From positions 960,001-992,000 of the forward strand of contig NC_006833.1 of NCBI RefSeq assembly GCF_000008385.1: DNA of 32,000 nucleotides. Direction: 5' to 3'. The DNA comes from Wolbachia endosymbiont strain TRS of Brugia malayi. GTDB lineage: Bacteria > Pseudomonadota > Alphaproteobacteria > Rickettsiales > Anaplasmataceae. The notes under the pieces are model-generated. The model saw only the letters and a list, made by a program, of their open reading frames with translations, ran no database searches and was not told the DNA's origin. Of this stretch, positions 29,038 to 32,000 are shown piece by piece. Positions within the stretch are counted from its first letter, which is position 1. Each line of letters begins with the position of its first letter. The position numbers and the translations under genes were made by a program.

Positions 29038-29418
29038 CTACAAGTGATACTTAATTTTTATCTTTTTTTTACTATCAGGTTGCACTTTTACAAAGTTAAA
29101 CTTTTCTTTCAAGTAATCCGTTGTCTTTTCTATGCTACCTAACATCATAACCAGTACACCAAACATTATCATAAAAAAGATCAGGCCCCTAAACACTATT
29201 GCAAGTACCACTGCAGCTATACATAGCCCTATGATTATTGAAGGACTCATATTTTCTACAGTACCTTTTACTGACAATGAAGAAACAAAATTTTTTACCG
29301 TTTCTTGTACATCCTTTAACTCATCGCTCACCGAACCTGCTTCGCTAGAATATGATGAAAAAATAAAGCTTAACAGGGCTATAAAAATCAAAACTTTATT
29401 CAATTGAATGTGCATCAA
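29038..29418 (-). CDS. virB2: VirB2/TrbC-like pilin subunit
   Basis: 126 aa; signal-like N-terminus, then two hydrophobic segments (SIIIGLCIAAVVLAIVFRGLIFFMIMFGVLVMMLG); located directly upstream of the virB4-like gene on the same strand. Confidence 0.6.
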   Translation of the reverse strand: MMHIQLNKVLIFIALLSFIFSSYSSEAGSVSDELKDVQETVKNFVSSLSVKGTVENMSPSIIIGLCIAAVVLAIVFRGLIFFMIMFGVLVMMLGSIEKTTDYLKEKFNFVKVQPDSKKKIKIKYHL

Positions 29419-29525
29419 CTAAATACCTTCCAAACATCTTCTGATTATAATAACCTTCATATCAATAGGCAAGGGATGAATTTACTTATTCACTATAAGT
29501 AAACACATGTTTAATTTTTACCACC

Positions 29526-30761
29526 TTAAACATGCAGTAGGCTTCTTTCATTATTAATAACAGGACTCGAATTGGTGTACATTAATTTACTTGAAGGAGG
29601 GAGAGTTAAATACCATACAGCTACTGCTGCTGTAGCAAACACTACAGCTATAACAGACAATCCTAGAAACAATGCTCTTGATTTTATTACTACTGCCCCA
29701 ACAAAACACCCAATTGCTAAAAGAGCACAACCTGTTGTAAATATACCGTAAAATTCTCTGTTACTGAGTTGTTCTTTAGGTAGAATATTTTCACCTTTTT
29801 TTTCATTCATAGGAAGTTTCTGCATGGTAATATCTTCTACGTTCTTTTTCTTCTTAGGAGGTTGTACTGGACTTACCTTGCTGACCTGGTTTTTGTTTTC
29901 TTGCACCTGCAGCTCTTCTCTTGCAGTCTGGTCTAGTTTCATTTGGTTCTCATTTTCTTCTTTTTGTAGATTGTTATCTTCTTCAGCAGAGCTTAATATT
30001 GAGCTTACATTGCTCCTTTCACTACCTAACGGTGACTCTAAACCGTCTTCACTTAATCCAGGCAAACTTACTCCACTATCTCCACCACTACCATTATTGA
30101 GTTCAGAAGCATTTGTTTCTGGTTCTAAAGTATCCATTTTTGTAAGTAATTTTTCTCCAAAATTAAATTGACTATTATCTCTTAGATTGGGTAAGCTTCT
30201 CCAACATTTTAGACTTGTTTCTTCACATGTATTACCTGATTCTGAATTTTCAGCAGTGCAACTAAGGGTATTGTCTGCCCCATTTGCAGATTGTTCATTT
30301 GTTTCTGCATTAGAATGACTTTCATTACTGTTCTTGCTAACAGCATCTGAAGTTATTAATTTCATAATTATTTGTTCTATTTTTATTTTTTCTATTAGGT
30401 TTAGTTCTTTTGATTTTATTATTTCTCTTTTCAACGCTGGAAGAAAGTGTTGGATATAATTATTATAATATTTCTCTTGTTCTATCAGTAATTCTCCTAA
30501 TTTAGTTAATACCTCAGGACTAGCTCCTTTCTTGAACAACTTTTTGCATTTCCTGGGAGTCTTATCTTGTCCACTCTCTTGATTTTCTCGATAGTCTTTT
30601 TTTGTTACCCTTTTTTTTATAACTTTGCACAATTCTTCTGTTTTTGATGCTGAATAACACTTTACCCCTTCCAAGGCCCGTGAATTTTTAGTAGAATTGT
30701 CAAAAGAGTTGTAAGGATTATTCCCTGTTAAATTAAAAACTATCGCTACATTATCATCCAC
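29526..30761 (-). CDS. Hypothetical Ser/Asn/Glu-rich protein with two C-terminal TM helices; candidate secreted/effector protein
   Basis: Low-complexity polar middle region; polylysine PPKKKKN; TM pair YGIFTTGCALLAIGCFVGAVVI / ALFLGLSVIAVVFATAAVAVWYLTL. Confidence 0.55.
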   Translation of the reverse strand: MDDNVAIVFNLTGNNPYNSFDNSTKNSRALEGVKCYSASKTEELCKVIKKRVTKKDYRENQESGQDKTPRKCKKLFKKGASPEVLTKLGELLIEQEKYYNNYIQHFLPALKREIIKSKELNLIEKIKIEQIIMKLITSDAVSKNSNESHSNAETNEQSANGADNTLSCTAENSESGNTCEETSLKCWRSLPNLRDNSQFNFGEKLLTKMDTLEPETNASELNNGSGGDSGVSLPGLSEDGLESPLGSERSNVSSILSSAEEDNNLQKEENENQMKLDQTAREELQVQENKNQVSKVSPVQPPKKKKNVEDITMQKLPMNEKKGENILPKEQLSNREFYGIFTTGCALLAIGCFVGAVVIKSRALFLGLSVIAVVFATAAVAVWYLTLPPSSKLMYTNSSPVINNERSLLHV

Positions 30762-30872
30762 AGTATTCCTTCATATATAACAAAATGTATAGATACTTTT
30801 TCAGCGTTAATTTTACATTAAAATCGGATAACTATTCCCTACCGTAGGAAATTATGGCAACTTGTCTACTGG

Positions 30873-31913
30873 TTAACTACTTGCCTTGCTAATAATCAGG
30901 TCTCCTACTTTTACAGATTTACTTTCAATATAATTGCTTGCCTGTTGAATTAAAATATCTATCACTTCTTTTACAGGCTTTTCCTTATCAACCATACCGA
31001 CACTTTGACCAGCCATTAAAGATCCCGTTTCGATATCTCCTTCAATCACTGCTCCTCTTAAGGCTCCAGCCCAGAATTTCTCTATCTCAAGCTGTCCATC
31101 TTCTTTTGAGATCTGTCCCTTGTGATATTTATCAATAATTTCTTTTTGGTATTGCATAAAATCATCACTTGCTTTATTGGCTATGGCTCTTACTGGAATA
31201 ACAGGAAAATCAGCACTTATCTGTACAGAAGATATTGCATCACGTGCAGCTGATTTAATAAATACTTCCTTAAAATTCTTGTGGGCAATCGATTCATTAG
31301 TGCAAACAAATAATGTGCCTATTTGACAGCCACTTGCTCCCATCTCTAGGTAATTTACTATCATTTCTCCCCTTCCTATTCCACCTGCAACAAACACTGG
31401 TACTCGCTCATCTTTAAAATAAGGTAATATCTCCTGCGAAAGAACAGAAGTGCTGACTGGACCTATGTGCCCACCTGCTTCCATTCCCTCTATTATCAAC
31501 GCATCTACCCCCATTTTTACTAACCTCTTTGCAAGGCTCAATGATGGTGCAAAACACATAACTTCAATGCCCACATTTTTGATTTTTTCTATATTAGGCT
31601 TTACCGGTAGTCCGCCAGCAAGAACTATATGGCTCACTTTTGTTTCAATACATACATCTATCAGCTCACTCAAGTTTGGGTGCATAGTAATTAGATTTAC
31701 ACCAAATGGCTTGTTGGTTAACTTCTGTGTCTCTATAATTTCTTTTTCCAGTAAGTCTGAAGACATCGCACCACATGCAATTACACCAAAGCCACCAGCG
31801 TTTGAGATTGCTGAAACCAAATTTCTCTCTGAAACCCAGCTCATAGCACCACCCATTATTGCAAACTCACTACCAAGAAAATCTGTTCCTTTTTTCCAGA
31901 GGTTACTCAACAT
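30873..31913 (-). CDS. Nitronate monooxygenase / FabK-like enoyl-ACP reductase, FMN-dependent
   Basis: FAIMGGAMSWVSERNLVSAISNAGGFGVIACGAMS, IEGMEAGGHIGPVS, VPVFVAGGIGRGEMIVNYLEMGASGCQIGTLFVC. Confidence 0.88.
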   Translation of the reverse strand: MLSNLWKKGTDFLGSEFAIMGGAMSWVSERNLVSAISNAGGFGVIACGAMSSDLLEKEIIETQKLTNKPFGVNLITMHPNLSELIDVCIETKVSHIVLAGGLPVKPNIEKIKNVGIEVMCFAPSLSLAKRLVKMGVDALIIEGMEAGGHIGPVSTSVLSQEILPYFKDERVPVFVAGGIGRGEMIVNYLEMGASGCQIGTLFVCTNESIAHKNFKEVFIKSAARDAISSVQISADFPVIPVRAIANKASDDFMQYQKEIIDKYHKGQISKEDGQLEIEKFWAGALRGAVIEGDIETGSLMAGQSVGMVDKEKPVKEVIDILIQQASNYIESKSVKVGDLIISKASS

Positions 31914-32000
31914 ACAACCTATATAATGCGCTTAAGAATGTTTTGTTTATCTATAAATATGTGCTTTAAAGCACCAAGTATATGTAAGATTATAAAAAAC

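Noticed and set aside
31450-31926. 158-aa plus-strand ORF opposite the nitronate monooxygenase/FabK-like gene
   Set aside because: Composition mirrors the opposing real CDS, with no independent motif.
1-32000. tRNA, rRNA and CRISPR
   Set aside because: I looked by eye for T-loop GTTCRANYC contexts with matching acceptor stems and for regularly spaced direct repeats, and found none convincing. A tRNAscan-SE, Infernal or CRISPR-finder run would be decisive.

Overview
This is an alpha-proteobacterial (Rickettsiales) window that looks like Wolbachia. The basis is low GC, a compact gene set, ThyX, split vir loci and GTCATTCCAG/CTGGGATCC-type palindromic repeats; the organism assignment is inference. 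Core genes read confidently: hdaA-like (partial), xerC/D-type recombinase, plsC-like, rpsT, gltA, FKBP-like protein, ispA, acpP, fabF, murA, thyX, priA, recR, pdhC (E2), a virB4 paralogue, a virB2-like pilin gene and a nitronate monooxygenase/FabK-like gene. Accessory content includes: (1) an M9-like metallopeptidase gene with two tandem homologous domains, where only the second keeps HExxH; (2) a ~2.7 kb decayed gene (13209-15918, minus) directly upstream of it, not captured by the ORF track; (3) a decayed KAP-type P-loop NTPase; (4) a 112 bp perfect tandem duplication inside another decayed gene; (5) ORF-preserving, palindromic-element-like insertions in priA; (6) a minus-strand type IV secretion cluster (virB2-like, virB4 paralogue with a Lys-to-Arg Walker A, and a 931-aa secreted Cys/Gly-rich protein) next to a Ser/Asn/Glu-rich two-TM protein that is an effector candidate. 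I see no CRISPR array, rRNA or convincing tRNA. No complete new defence-type system can be claimed. The best leads are the virB2/virB4/secreted Gly-rich protein module and the duplicated metallopeptidase with its decayed neighbour.
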